From a virus (Duplodnaviria; Heunggongvirae; Uroviricota; Caudoviricetes), in the IMG/VR virus record IMGVR_UViG_3300010213_000001, positions 116,701-180,700 of that record: DNA of 64,000 nucleotides. One strand, given 5' to 3'. Shown in pieces: positions 46,027-56,318 of the stretch. The notes below the pieces were generated by a model, which had not been told where the DNA came from, searched no databases, and saw only the letters and a list, made by a program, of their open reading frames with translations. The first letter of the stretch is position 1. Every line of letters starts with the position of its first letter. The translations under genes were made by a program, and so were the position numbers.

Positions 46027-46416
46027 TTAGTTATATAGTATTAATGTAGCTATTAAATCTCCCATTTGATATGTAATAATATTATTACTCGACTCCATAT
46101 AGTTGTGATACCCTAGAGTTGTTAGCTTAAAACTTAACTTGAATCCAGTCTTACATTTTAAATCTTTATTTACATCTGGGATATTATAACTTAATAATAA
46201 ATCTGTATTATTTATACTTGAGTGAGTAGATAATAGACATAAGCTTGGACTTATATCATTATTTAATTTTATACAAGTATTGTACTCTACATATACTTCA
46301 TTATCAATCTCTTCAATTGTTGGGTGTGAATTTGCATATAACTTAACAAGAGTCAAGTTATGTTTTGGCAGATCTTCAATATCTACTCTTGTCGTATTAT
46401 TTAATTTTGTAATCAT
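46027..46416 (-). CDS. hypothetical protein
   Basis: 129 aa ORF. Confidence 0.65.
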   Translation of the reverse strand: MITKLNNTTRVDIEDLPKHNLTLVKLYANSHPTIEEIDNEVYVEYNTCIKLNNDISPSLCLLSTHSSINNTDLLLSYNIPDVNKDLKCKTGFKLSFKLTTLGYHNYMESSNNIITYQMGDLIATLILYN

Positions 46417-46495
46417 TTTAATTAAAAATATTAATTTAGTTCATTACAATAATATAATAATAAATCATAATTGCCAAAACATAACTTAAAACTTA

Positions 46496-47659
46496 TTAAC
46501 TTTTAACTAATTTAGAAAAGAAGGTATCCAATGTAACTCTAGCTTCATCTATAGACTGGGACAGTCTTACTTTATTGTTAGATGTTGTTTCAAATATTTC
46601 TAGTTGAATCATTGTATTTCTAAAATCATTAACTTCTTTTACAGAATATCTTCTACCCATCAATTCTGAAACATCTTCAATGTCTTTCTTAACTAATTCT
46701 GAAGTTCTCAAATCTCCTAACAATTCTAGTAAAGTTATATATTCTAGCATTTTCTTAATCTGCGGTTTAGAAAGTAACTCTTTTCTCTTAGCTCTTATTG
46801 CTTCGTTAAATCTGATATTATAATCTTCTAACATCTTCTCAAATTCTATCTTATTATAACCATAAAAGAATGATAAACTTATAATTACCATTTCAGTAAT
46901 TAACGCAAGTAAAGATAATCCTATTTTTATGTAATCAAAATTAGTAGAAGAAGTACTATCTACTATTGCCTTATCTACTTTATTAGCTTGCAAGAGCTTA
47001 TCTTTTATATGTTTCTCTATACTTTGTTTGGACGAATTGATCTTCTCTTTTTCTTTAGATATCTGATCATTTAGTTGTTCTATTTGACTAGCTCTATATG
47101 TCTTCTTAAGAACATTCTCTAAATCTTCAATATTCTTTTTTACAATTGGATTACTAGCTAAAGCAAGACTATCTATTTTGTATAATAATAAATTATTTAA
47201 ACTGTCAATATAGACAGTATTGTCACTATTTATTCTAGATTGCTCTTGCTTAATATTATTGTAATTAACAATTTTATCTACTCCTGTATAAAGACCATAT
47301 ACAGAAGATAAACTAATTAATACAGTAATCAAAGCAACTATAATACTGGTAATCTTTATTTTACCTTGTTTATAGTCCTTACCTATACTAATTATGGACT
47401 GTACTTTATATCTTTCATTAAATATTAATATTGTTAATAGAAATACACCTAAAACAATATTTGCTATTATTGAAGATTCAGAGTATAGTTGAGATAGAGT
47501 AGACATTGAAAATATAATAGAAAATACCCCACTTATTATAAGCAGGGTATTGTTGCTATTACTATATATTGGAGGATTATATGAATGTTCATCTTTTGAC
47601 TCTTTTTCAACTGCTTCCATCTGTTTCTTATATGTATCTAGTTTATTTAGTATGCTCAT
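46496..47659 (-). CDS. multi-pass membrane protein with coiled coil
   Basis: Three N-terminal hydrophobic helices, a long coiled coil, then a further TM helix. Confidence 0.75.
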   Translation of the reverse strand: MSILNKLDTYKKQMEAVEKESKDEHSYNPPIYSNSNNTLLIISGVFSIIFSMSTLSQLYSESSIIANIVLGVFLLTILIFNERYKVQSIISIGKDYKQGKIKITSIIVALITVLISLSSVYGLYTGVDKIVNYNNIKQEQSRINSDNTVYIDSLNNLLLYKIDSLALASNPIVKKNIEDLENVLKKTYRASQIEQLNDQISKEKEKINSSKQSIEKHIKDKLLQANKVDKAIVDSTSSTNFDYIKIGLSLLALITEMVIISLSFFYGYNKIEFEKMLEDYNIRFNEAIRAKRKELLSKPQIKKMLEYITLLELLGDLRTSELVKKDIEDVSELMGRRYSVKEVNDFRNTMIQLEIFETTSNNKVRLSQSIDEARVTLDTFFSKLVKS

Positions 47660-47671
47660 TTAATTTTAATC

Positions 47672-48436
47672 CTATTGTTTTATATAATCTATCACTTCTT
47701 TCTCTTTTATTACTTGATCCATCAAAGATGTTCCCTTTGGAATATTTACATCTAATTCATCTCTAAAGTACTTTTCTAATGGGTTAAATTTACCATCTCC
47801 AGAATATAAAGCATAAGTTATCTTTGTACCGTACAATTTTGGATTTAAGAATACACCATTAACAACAATTAAAGCTTCTGGCTTGTTAGTTTCTGGATTT
47901 ATAATTTCTCTTCTTTCTAGACAACCTAACCAATTAGATAGCATAACTCTAGCCTTTTCTGCCTCAGAGTATTTAAGTACATTAGAAGATAGATAATATT
48001 CTATGTTCTTCTCATAATCTTTTAAAGAAAATACTAAGCAAGTCTTATCATTGTATTTTTCCATTTTACTCTCTACAGTATACTTATATAAGTAATACTC
48101 ATTATTTAGAGGATACTTAACTTCACCATCTACAACAACATGTATTGATAATTCTTCTGTGTCTATAAAGCAATTTATCATCTTTCCTTCGAAAGAATCA
48201 ATCTCCAGATTTATTAAAGGTAAGAGATAGAATGCTGATCTATTATAGTCTTTTTGCCTATATTCTTCTACTTTTACTACTGCTGCATATTTACTGAAGC
48301 TGGTATATCGTTGAAGTAATTCTTTATTTTCTCTAACACTATCTGGTATAATCTTAAATAAATCTCTATCCTTATGCGTACTAGTGTATATACTTTTATT
48401 ACTTCGATTTACAGTAAATGTGTGTGTATCAGACAT
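47672..48436 (-). CDS. hypothetical protein in the replication module
   Basis: 254 aa ORF. Confidence 0.75.
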   Translation of the reverse strand: MSDTHTFTVNRSNKSIYTSTHKDRDLFKIIPDSVRENKELLQRYTSFSKYAAVVKVEEYRQKDYNRSAFYLLPLINLEIDSFEGKMINCFIDTEELSIHVVVDGEVKYPLNNEYYLYKYTVESKMEKYNDKTCLVFSLKDYEKNIEYYLSSNVLKYSEAEKARVMLSNWLGCLERREIINPETNKPEALIVVNGVFLNPKLYGTKITYALYSGDGKFNPLEKYFRDELDVNIPKGTSLMDQVIKEKEVIDYIKQ

Positions 48437-48437
48437 A

Positions 48438-49505
48438 TTATTTTAGTTTATTTTTAATTTGATCAAATAGATCAACTATATTACCTACAATATACTCTTT
48501 ATTATTATCTATTATTGTCTTGCTTGCTTCTGATATATATTTAGCATCACTACTCTCAAGTAACTTGACAGCTCTATAATTATCTAATAATTGTTCTTTA
48601 GTTTTGCCATTATTAACATATAACTTTATTACTTCTCTAATACAACTAAATTCAGATTTACAATCTTTAAGAGCTTTAACAGCAGCCACAGGTCCAAGAC
48701 CTTTAATGCCAGGTATATCATCTCCTCCATCTCCAGCTATACATTGACCATATAACAGCTTGTATCCATATCCTCTAAGTTTAGATTTCTCTACAAAGAT
48801 ATCAGTTTCAGAAGTCGCATCTGTAAACTTACCTGTAACATAATTAAAATGGCTGGTAGGTATTTGTAATAGATCTTTATCTTGTCCAGCTACAATTACA
48901 TTATAAGAGTCTTTTAATTCTTTATGTAATATAGCTAACATATCATCAACTTCAATAGTTCTTACTACTTCTTGGAAGTTTAAATCATCTATTAATATAG
49001 AGTATATGTAAGGTCTCCAGAATTTAACATAATCTTTGGTTTTTCTTTTAGATTTGTATTCAAAAGTCTTACATAATCCATATCTAAAACAATTTTCCTG
49101 TTCCTCTTCTTCTTCAGTTTTATCTCTTTTTCTTGAAGCTAAAAGACCTATGTAATATCTACTATTAGTAGTTGAGACAATGTAATAAATATATGATAAT
49201 AAATCTTTCTTTAAAGCAGCTAAGACTGACTCTGTTGGTCTTAGATCTTCAACATTTAAGTTCTTCTCATAGTAATCTCTATATCTATATGCAAACGTAT
49301 AAACTATACTATCACTATCTATCAATGCAAGATTGTTATTATCCTGTACAATATCTACAATCTTAGGATCGTCACAGCATATGTACTTTTTAACTATATT
49401 ATCGCTTCCATGTATTCCTGGTAAACCTAAGTTAGATATATGTATATGCTGCTTATTTACTTTAGTACTGCAATTAAGACAGTACTCTAGTTTATTTATT
49501 TTCAT
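48438..49505 (-). CDS. 5'-3' exonuclease / flap endonuclease (T7 gp6/T5 D15/RNase H-like)
   Basis: LIDSDSIVY, EVDD, DKDLLQIP, GDGGDDIPGIKGLGPVAA (H3TH). Confidence 0.9.
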   Translation of the reverse strand: MKINKLEYCLNCSTKVNKQHIHISNLGLPGIHGSDNIVKKYICCDDPKIVDIVQDNNNLALIDSDSIVYTFAYRYRDYYEKNLNVEDLRPTESVLAALKKDLLSYIYYIVSTTNSRYYIGLLASRKRDKTEEEEEQENCFRYGLCKTFEYKSKRKTKDYVKFWRPYIYSILIDDLNFQEVVRTIEVDDMLAILHKELKDSYNVIVAGQDKDLLQIPTSHFNYVTGKFTDATSETDIFVEKSKLRGYGYKLLYGQCIAGDGGDDIPGIKGLGPVAAVKALKDCKSEFSCIREVIKLYVNNGKTKEQLLDNYRAVKLLESSDAKYISEASKTIIDNNKEYIVGNIVDLFDQIKNKLK

Positions 49506-49998
49506 TATTATTTTCTAAAGTTATTAATTTCCAGTTTATCTTGGAGCCTGACTGTTCATTGATTAAATCACGTATTTGTCTTTCTCTTTTCGGAAGGCTA
49601 CCTTTCTTAGACTTTACTTCAATAAATATTATTTCTTCTAGGTTACCTTTGGACAGTCCTTTGAAGTAAATATAGTCTATTGGACTTCCTAAAAATCTAA
49701 AATCATTTAAGTTTATTTGGTCTTCTCCAAGCTCCTTAAATATATTAGAGTTGTTATCCATACTTATAATTGGAAGCATTGTCTCAAATACTTGTCCCAA
49801 TATAACTTGTTTTGATTTATCAATGGCTTCTCTTCTTATAGAAGCGGAATGTTCTGATTTCCATTTATTGAAATCATGCTCATACATTTCTTTTAGTCTA
49901 TCTCGATAAACCTTATCCTTCCTATGAGTCTTGATATAGTCTATTATAGTAATAGCTATAATAAGAATTATAGCTATTATCAGTATTATATAATCCAT
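49492..49998 (-). CDS. membrane-anchored Holliday-junction-resolvase-like endonuclease (PF10107-like)
   Basis: N-terminal TM, R.EAI.KS..V..GQV.E, DFRFLGSPIDYI.F.G, FIEVKS. Confidence 0.85.
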   Translation of the reverse strand: MDYIILIIAIILIIAITIIDYIKTHRKDKVYRDRLKEMYEHDFNKWKSEHSASIRREAIDKSKQVILGQVFETMLPIISMDNNSNIFKELGEDQINLNDFRFLGSPIDYIYFKGLSKGNLEEIIFIEVKSKKGSLPKRERQIRDLINEQSGSKINWKLITLENNNENK

Positions 49999-50002
49999 CA
50001 GT

Positions 50003-50518
50003 TTATTTATTTATTTCTTTAATCTTTTCCTCTAAATTAATTACATCCCATTCTATCTTTCGTGACTTCTTTTTTGAATCAGTTAGTAAGTAACATTTAG
50101 GAGTAAAAGTTTCAGCAAATAAAACTGGAGTTGGGTGAACTAAGTCTACAAATATCTTATCTTTTTGATATAGCCACTTAATCTTCACTTTAGCTAATTC
50201 ATTCTTATTTTGGAAATTGAATTTAGGCTTTATCTCAATAATAGATTCTATCAATCCATCTACATCATTCCTACTTGGAATTAAGAATATTCCTAATGAT
50301 TCTAAAAGACTCTTCTGTTCTTTAGTATAATATACCCAGAAGTCTGGAGTATACTTACATTTAGATATTTTCCTATCCTTTCCACAACTACTTATTACTT
50401 CAGATTCAAATAATGTAAAAGTCTCTTTTTCATATTTGTAATCTTCTATTAGTAGCTTTTCTTTTAATTCATCCAACCACCAGCTATAATATTTTTCTAT
50501 ACTACTTCTATACTTCAT
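50003..50518 (-). CDS. PD-(D/E)xK endonuclease (T7 endonuclease I-like)
   Basis: YRSSIE, YTPDF, IEIKP. Confidence 0.75.
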   Translation of the reverse strand: MKYRSSIEKYYSWWLDELKEKLLIEDYKYEKETFTLFESEVISSCGKDRKISKCKYTPDFWVYYTKEQKSLLESLGIFLIPSRNDVDGLIESIIEIKPKFNFQNKNELAKVKIKWLYQKDKIFVDLVHPTPVLFAETFTPKCYLLTDSKKKSRKIEWDVINLEEKIKEINK

Positions 50519-50521
50519 TAA

Positions 50522-50776
50522 TTATTGATTTGGACTTGATTTAGTAGATTTACTTGAACCATATTCATTGAATCCTCCTAAGTACGGACTACTAAGAACT
50601 CTATCTCCTAATACAGTTTCTCCAGATTCATTAACATATTGGATTTTTTCTAACACATCTTTAGGTAATAGTTTGGCATCTTCTAGACATTTATATGAAT
50701 GATTTACTTCTACTAATTCTTCTATAAACTCCCCTTTTTCACTTTTCTTTTTTATTTTATAAATATATGTAGGCAT
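50522..50776 (-). CDS. FmdB-like small protein (MPTY motif, no CxxC)
   Basis: MPTYIY start; the Zn-ribbon cysteines are absent. Confidence 0.5.
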   Translation of the reverse strand: MPTYIYKIKKKSEKGEFIEELVEVNHSYKCLEDAKLLPKDVLEKIQYVNESGETVLGDRVLSSPYLGGFNEYGSSKSTKSSPNQ

Positions 50777-50789
50777 AATTATCTATTAT

Positions 50790-51299
50790 TTATTGTTTAG
50801 TTAATAAGCTATTTGGTCTAAATTCAGGTATTCTACCTCTCTTTAATTTTATAAATTTCTCTCCGTCTTTAGTTGGAACTATGACACAGTAGTAGTGACT
50901 CTTTTCTATATACTTAGCTGCATTGACAAATGTTTTAATTTTATCCTTACCGTGACCAAGCATAAGATTACAAGGACTACATAATAGTCCTCTTACCTGT
51001 CCACTATTATCTTCATGACTATGTTCATGATCTACTACTAGTTCATTCATAGGTTTTGCTTGTTCGCATATGGCGCACTTACCTTCCTGAGCTTTGTACA
51101 AGTTTTCTAAATCTTCAGTATCTATATTATATGTAGCTTTTAAGTAATTATCTTTAGATGATTTAACAGTACCTATATTACTGTTGTAGAATTCTTCAAT
51201 AACTATATGCTGTGATTCAGCATATAGAATAGTTTTGTATTCGTCAGTAATATTTTCATTGTTATTTACTTGTTTTGAGTTCATTATTAATTTTGGCAT
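50790..51299 (-). CDS. endonuclease VII-family (His-Me finger) nuclease
   Basis: QEGKCAIC...LVVDHEH...VRGLLCSPCNLMLG. Confidence 0.88.
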   Translation of the reverse strand: MPKLIMNSKQVNNNENITDEYKTILYAESQHIVIEEFYNSNIGTVKSSKDNYLKATYNIDTEDLENLYKAQEGKCAICEQAKPMNELVVDHEHSHEDNSGQVRGLLCSPCNLMLGHGKDKIKTFVNAAKYIEKSHYYCVIVPTKDGEKFIKLKRGRIPEFRPNSLLTKQ

Positions 51300-52356
51300 T
51301 ATTTATTAAGTCAGTTATGAGTTTTTTAGCAAATATAGTTCCATACTTTTCTATCAATTCACTAATGTCAGTACATTGATACTTGCTTGGTATATATGTA
51401 TAAGGGATATTAAATCTTGAACTTATTTCTCTACCTCTCTTTAGCCCTGTATTCTTAAGAGCTGGCTTATCATAATCATTATCATAAAACACTAGAGCAG
51501 TCTTATAAGGTAGCAGAAATGGAAGCATGTTTTCACTTGGGAAACTATAAGAATCTATATCTAATAATAACTTTAAAGCTAGTCTATCTTTTCTCGATTT
51601 GGTCAATACGATAAAGTCACTATTCTTGTTCATCCCAATATCATCTATTAGGTCTGTATTGGTTCTCCATTTAGTTCTTTTGTCTCCATATGGAGAATAT
51701 ATCTTAAATTTATCTGGTTCAAAATAATAAGTAAATATAGGATAATTAGGATTGCTGCTAAAAACTTCAGTTAGTACTTTCTTATCGTTAATAATTTTAC
51801 TTATCCAGACTTTCCTAGCACTAAATATACCAAATTCTCTAAGTAGATAACAATTACTGTAGTTTATTCCTATTTTACTCCAAAATTGTATATCACTTTT
51901 ATCATATAGTGCATAGCCTTTATTATCTAATTTAGCTTCTACTTCAATTATAGAATTGGTCTTATCCTTAGCGTTGAAAACATATTCATCTAGTCTGGAA
52001 TTTATATCTACAAAATCTACATTACTCAATAACAACTCTCCAGCTTCATCTAAAGTTATTATCTTATTATGTATATCTCTATAGTAATAAGTTGTCCAAT
52101 CTATTACATCTCCAGCATATGACGTATCGCCAAAGTCTGTAGCGTACAATCTATTGTTTGGGGTCAACATAAAACTTATTGACGGACTTTGCTCTACTCT
52201 TAAAGTATTAAGATTCTTCTCATATATGTTTATAGGAGTACCTAACAATCCTGAAAATGCTTCTTCTTGATTTATATTTCCTAGTATTACCTCTTTAGTT
52301 ATTTTAGTTCTATCAATCCATGATAAGTCTAGATTATTGTAATTACTTGTATTCAT
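51262..52356 (-). CDS. DNA primase (TOPRIM, crAss-like)
   Basis: R...SPS, DFG, K.Y.P, LTKSRKD, FYDND..G, DISE. Confidence 0.75.
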   Translation of the reverse strand: MNTSNYNNLDLSWIDRTKITKEVILGNINQEEAFSGLLGTPINIYEKNLNTLRVEQSPSISFMLTPNNRLYATDFGDTSYAGDVIDWTTYYYRDIHNKIITLDEAGELLLSNVDFVDINSRLDEYVFNAKDKTNSIIEVEAKLDNKGYALYDKSDIQFWSKIGINYSNCYLLREFGIFSARKVWISKIINDKKVLTEVFSSNPNYPIFTYYFEPDKFKIYSPYGDKRTKWRTNTDLIDDIGMNKNSDFIVLTKSRKDRLALKLLLDIDSYSFPSENMLPFLLPYKTALVFYDNDYDKPALKNTGLKRGREISSRFNIPYTYIPSKYQCTDISELIEKYGTIFAKKLITDLINNAKINNELKTSK

Positions 52357-52457
52357 AAGATTAAATTTATTTTTATAAAAGATTAATAAAAATAAATTAA
52401 AAGTGGTATCAGTTTATAACAAATAAAAATTAATTGAAATATTAAAACAAAAAAAAA

Positions 52458-52485
52458 TAGCATAGAGAAATTAATCTCTATGCTA
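52458..52485 (-). terminator. intrinsic terminator
   Basis: Stem TAGCATAGAGA/TCTCTATGCTA followed by a T9 run on the minus strand. Confidence 0.85.
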
Positions 52486-52492
52486 ATATATG

Positions 52493-53548
52493 TTATTTAG
52501 GTTTATTTGGATTTACAGCACCAAAACCACCTGGAAATTTAGGCATACCTGGTTTATTGCCTGGTACCATGTTGGAGTTATTTGTTTTCTTTCCAAACAC
52601 TCCTTTATCTTTGTTCCAAGCTTTCCATTCTAATCCTTCTTCAATATTATAATAAGGAACATCTCCTCCAATACTATTAAGATAATCTATATCTTTCTTA
52701 ATCTGTTTTAATATTGTAGCTGCTGGATCATATTTCTGCGTTTTCTCTCCAGGATAGCCAAACTTTTTAGTATATATTGTTCCGTATACATTGGTGCCAA
52801 CTAACTTCAATCCTCTCACAGCCTTAACTGCGCTAGGATTAGCAAAAGAATTAACTTTCTTACAAACAGCTTTATAGAAACCTATTACCTGATTGTATGC
52901 ACGTTCTACTTCTTCTGCATCATTACTATTGAATAAAGTATCCCAATGCTCTGCTGATGGTCTTAATCTGTCTATTGTTATAAGTTCTGGCTTTTCTGGA
53001 GCTTCTACTTCTTTATCACTATTCTTGCTGATCTCATACTCTCTCATAGCAGCTTCATAATCTCTTATCAACTTAGAATTAACAGAAGAGGCACCAGTTA
53101 TAACTAATAAGAAATCTAATAAGTCAGCTTCACCTTTATATAGAGGAGTTAGTGTACTGTGGTCCACATACTGAGCTGTAGATAGATCTGGTGTGCCGTC
53201 TGACGATACTTCAACATATGTCTTACCTCTCAAACCATCTATAAATCTCACTCTCCCACTTTTGGCAGTATCTGGACTGTTATACAAGAAGAAATCTATA
53301 CTAGATCTAGTTGGATTCTCTTCTTCTAAAGTCTCTAGGAAAATCTGTATTCTAAGGAATTTATCACCGTTCTTATCTTGTTTAAAATACTCAGGGTATG
53401 TTTCACCAATACCAAATCCTTTCATATTAAATAGCTCGTCATATCTTTCCTTAGATGGGTTTACATCTACCCATTTCCAATCTGTAGCACCTACTTTAAT
53501 TTCAATCGATGATGTTGTTTCTTCGTTATTTGGCTTAATAAAGTCCAT
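52493..53548 (-). CDS. putative single-stranded DNA-binding protein (crAss-like)
   Basis: VNPSKE N-terminal motif, flexible Gly/Pro tail, position between annealase and primase (recollection of crAss-like gene order). Confidence 0.5.
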   Translation of the reverse strand: MDFIKPNNEETTSSIEIKVGATDWKWVDVNPSKERYDELFNMKGFGIGETYPEYFKQDKNGDKFLRIQIFLETLEEENPTRSSIDFFLYNSPDTAKSGRVRFIDGLRGKTYVEVSSDGTPDLSTAQYVDHSTLTPLYKGEADLLDFLLVITGASSVNSKLIRDYEAAMREYEISKNSDKEVEAPEKPELITIDRLRPSAEHWDTLFNSNDAEEVERAYNQVIGFYKAVCKKVNSFANPSAVKAVRGLKLVGTNVYGTIYTKKFGYPGEKTQKYDPAATILKQIKKDIDYLNSIGGDVPYYNIEEGLEWKAWNKDKGVFGKKTNNSNMVPGNKPGMPKFPGGFGAVNPNKPK

Positions 53549-53629
53549 AGTTTATTTTTATTTTATTTAATTTAATGTAAAATACAATAAATTAAATACT
53601 TTATTTAGTACTAACAAGTTCTTCTTATT

Positions 53630-54310
53630 TTACTCTTGTTCCTGTACTTGTGTTTGAGGAGCATCTTCATAATCTACCTCTGTAACTTCAGCATCATTAT
53701 CTTGCTCTGATTCTGTATTAGTTACTTTTAGTAGTTTGAAAGCTTTTAATGAAGTTTCAACTAGATTGGATGTTAAGTTTAAAACAGCTGATTTCCAATC
53801 CTCTAAACTAGAGGCTGTTTTTGCTGCTGCATTATTCTTATCTATTTCAATAGTATGCTCAACTAAATGGCTGGTGATGCTCATCTCACTTAACTTATAT
53901 TTTCCATCTTCAATAAAATCTAGAAGTTGCTTCGATGTCACTCTTGTTCCTTTATTTAGTTGAATATTCTTTGTCTTAGTACTCTTAAATATAACATACT
54001 GAGTATCTATAACTATAGGATTAGTAACTACAGTATCAGATTGCAGCTTTGTAGTGAACTTAACTGTGTTATTATTTACTATCTTAATAGAATCTTTTAC
54101 TGGAATAAGAAATATATCTCCGTCTGTACTTCGCTCTTCTTGTGATTCTTCTTGTTCTAAGTTCATCACTTTTATAATTATATATTGTTTATCTGTAGGC
54201 TTTAATAAATTTACAGCAGCAGAGCTGAAATTTAATCCATTAGATGTTTTATTTATAATAGGTAATGCTTTGTTAGTTTGTTCTTGAACTACAGGAATTT
54301 GCTCTTTCAT
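53630..54310 (-). CDS. hypothetical protein with acidic tail
   Basis: 226 aa ORF. Confidence 0.75.
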   Translation of the reverse strand: MKEQIPVVQEQTNKALPIINKTSNGLNFSSAAVNLLKPTDKQYIIIKVMNLEQEESQEERSTDGDIFLIPVKDSIKIVNNNTVKFTTKLQSDTVVTNPIVIDTQYVIFKSTKTKNIQLNKGTRVTSKQLLDFIEDGKYKLSEMSITSHLVEHTIEIDKNNAAAKTASSLEDWKSAVLNLTSNLVETSLKAFKLLKVTNTESEQDNDAEVTEVDYEDAPQTQVQEQE

Positions 54311-54380
54311 TTTTATCGTAATTTATAATAGTTAATTTATAATATTTAAATTTAATAAATACATAAATACTATAAATAAA

Positions 54381-55133
54381 TTACCTTACGTCATCAATAT
54401 CAATAACATCAATATCAACTCCCATTACATCTTTTATTTCTAACGATTCATACAAACCGTTTGTATAATCACTAAAGAATCTTCTAGATAGCTTACTTAG
54501 AGCTCTAGCCCATGCCATATTTTGTGGCTGTTTTTGCCAGTTACTTTTACCAGCCAACTCCATATTCATAGCTTCTGACCAAGTAAAGCTAGCATCTTCT
54601 TCAATAACTACACCGTTATATATTCTACTACCCCTCAATGTAGTAATATAGTCTATTGGTTGATATTTCTCTAGTTCGTTTTCCTGAGCTGTTTTAATCA
54701 CTTCTCCTTCTTCATTCCAAACAGGTCCATTGTACAATGGTTCCCAGTCTCTAATAGTTCTAACTAATCCACCTCTTCTAAATATTAAAGCAGTTAATAA
54801 TTTTGCTCTAACAGCAGGTACTTTAGTACTACCAGGTTTATTACTTCCAATAAAATCAATATTAAATATAGCGTCTGTTAGGCTAACACCTAGACTAGTA
54901 GCCATATCCATAGTAACTAGAACTTGTTCTGGGCTAGTGTACGATTCAGGAAGTAATCTACTACTTACAAGTAATCTAGCATATTCTATTTTATCATTTA
55001 GAGATAATCTATATAAATCCTTCTCCATTAACTTTGCATCAGCTTTAGCTAACTTATTGTTAGTTGTAGAAGGAACAAGAGATTCATTATTAGTTTCTTT
55101 AATTTCTTTAGTTTTTTTGTTATCAGTAGCCAT
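54381..55133 (-). CDS. RecT/Red-beta-like single-strand annealing protein
   Basis: ASFTWSEA...LAGKSNW.KQPQNM.WARA.S...R.FFSD...GLY. Confidence 0.75.
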   Translation of the reverse strand: MATDNKKTKEIKETNNESLVPSTTNNKLAKADAKLMEKDLYRLSLNDKIEYARLLVSSRLLPESYTSPEQVLVTMDMATSLGVSLTDAIFNIDFIGSNKPGSTKVPAVRAKLLTALIFRRGGLVRTIRDWEPLYNGPVWNEEGEVIKTAQENELEKYQPIDYITTLRGSRIYNGVVIEEDASFTWSEAMNMELAGKSNWQKQPQNMAWARALSKLSRRFFSDYTNGLYESLEIKDVMGVDIDVIDIDDVR

Positions 55134-55181
55134 TTTATAGATAGTTTATTATTAGTTTATTATATACATTGAATAACTCAA

Positions 55182-56297
55182 TTATACATACAGACTATAA
55201 TCTACTTCATTTGCTGGTGGTAGCTCCGTTACAGTTGATACAGCAAAGTTACTATCTAAACTTATTCTAGCTCCAACATCACAGTATCTAGACGCAACAA
55301 CATTGAGGCATCTGTAACGATTTCTTAATTTAACTATGTTGTATTTATCTTCTTCTTTACCTTTAGAAGGGAATTTTGGCAGTTTATGCAAATATGGAGC
55401 ACCTATACTTAATACTAGGTCTGCATCCATAACTATTCCCTTACCACCATACAAGTGGTCTCTCTGCGGAACAAAGTCATTTTGCCTATTCTCCTCTTCT
55501 GAGGATTTAGTATTAGTTTGACTTAGTATTATATTACAATCTCTATAAAAATTTCTAGACATATATAACTCTTGGCTTAAGGCTTCTGCTCTTTTAAACT
55601 CATCCTTTTCTCCATTATCTTTTATCAATTTCATATGATCAACTATATTTATAAACATATAATTGTCAGGACTTTCATATCTTCCGTTGACTATTTTTCC
55701 TCTCCCATCAGCTAGATGGAATTCCCTTAGATAGGATGTAATTTCTTTAGCGCTTCTGGGTATGTCTATTATATTTATAGTCGCTAAATTAGAAACATAT
55801 ATAATAGCTTCATTGTAATATTTTAATATTTGTTCTTCACTTAATCTTTTTTCAGTAAAACCTTCTAGGTCAGAATAAGACATATTTATATTATATCTTA
55901 AATATAGATATCTCGATACAAGTCTTTGAAATAAAGAAGCTCCTGTCATTTCTAAAGAGAACCAATTTATAAATATCTTATATTGTTCATCAACTGGTTT
56001 ATTTGCATTATCTTCTAAAGCATTGAATATTATATTTTGCAATATTGTACTCTTTCCACTTTTAGTTTCTCCAAAAATAACCATCTGCATTTCCTTTCTA
56101 AGTCCATATGTTATATCATCTAAACTGTCAAAAGTTCTAAGCCCTTTGGTATATCCTTTCAAGCCCTGAAGAGCTCTCTTCATTGCTTCTTGTCCATGAG
56201 AAACTAAACTAAAAGGGTTCAAATTAGCAATGTCTATGGGATCTTCATAATCATCTATATATTTAAATTCACTTGAAGATTCAACATTTTCATTCAT
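55182..56297 (-). CDS. dnaB: DnaB-like replicative helicase (SF4)
   Basis: Walker A GETKSGKS, FSLEM, IVDHM, LSQ, DADLV, R(Y). Confidence 0.88.
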   Translation of the reverse strand: MNENVESSSEFKYIDDYEDPIDIANLNPFSLVSHGQEAMKRALQGLKGYTKGLRTFDSLDDITYGLRKEMQMVIFGETKSGKSTILQNIIFNALEDNANKPVDEQYKIFINWFSLEMTGASLFQRLVSRYLYLRYNINMSYSDLEGFTEKRLSEEQILKYYNEAIIYVSNLATINIIDIPRSAKEITSYLREFHLADGRGKIVNGRYESPDNYMFINIVDHMKLIKDNGEKDEFKRAEALSQELYMSRNFYRDCNIILSQTNTKSSEEENRQNDFVPQRDHLYGGKGIVMDADLVLSIGAPYLHKLPKFPSKGKEEDKYNIVKLRNRYRCLNVVASRYCDVGARISLDSNFAVSTVTELPPANEVDYSLYV

Positions 56298-56318
56298 TAA
56301 TTTTATATTTATAGTTTA

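Noticed and set aside
50790-51299. Group I intron or intein associated with the endonuclease VII gene
   Set aside because: Flanking genes are complete and not split, and no intron core or Hint motifs were seen.
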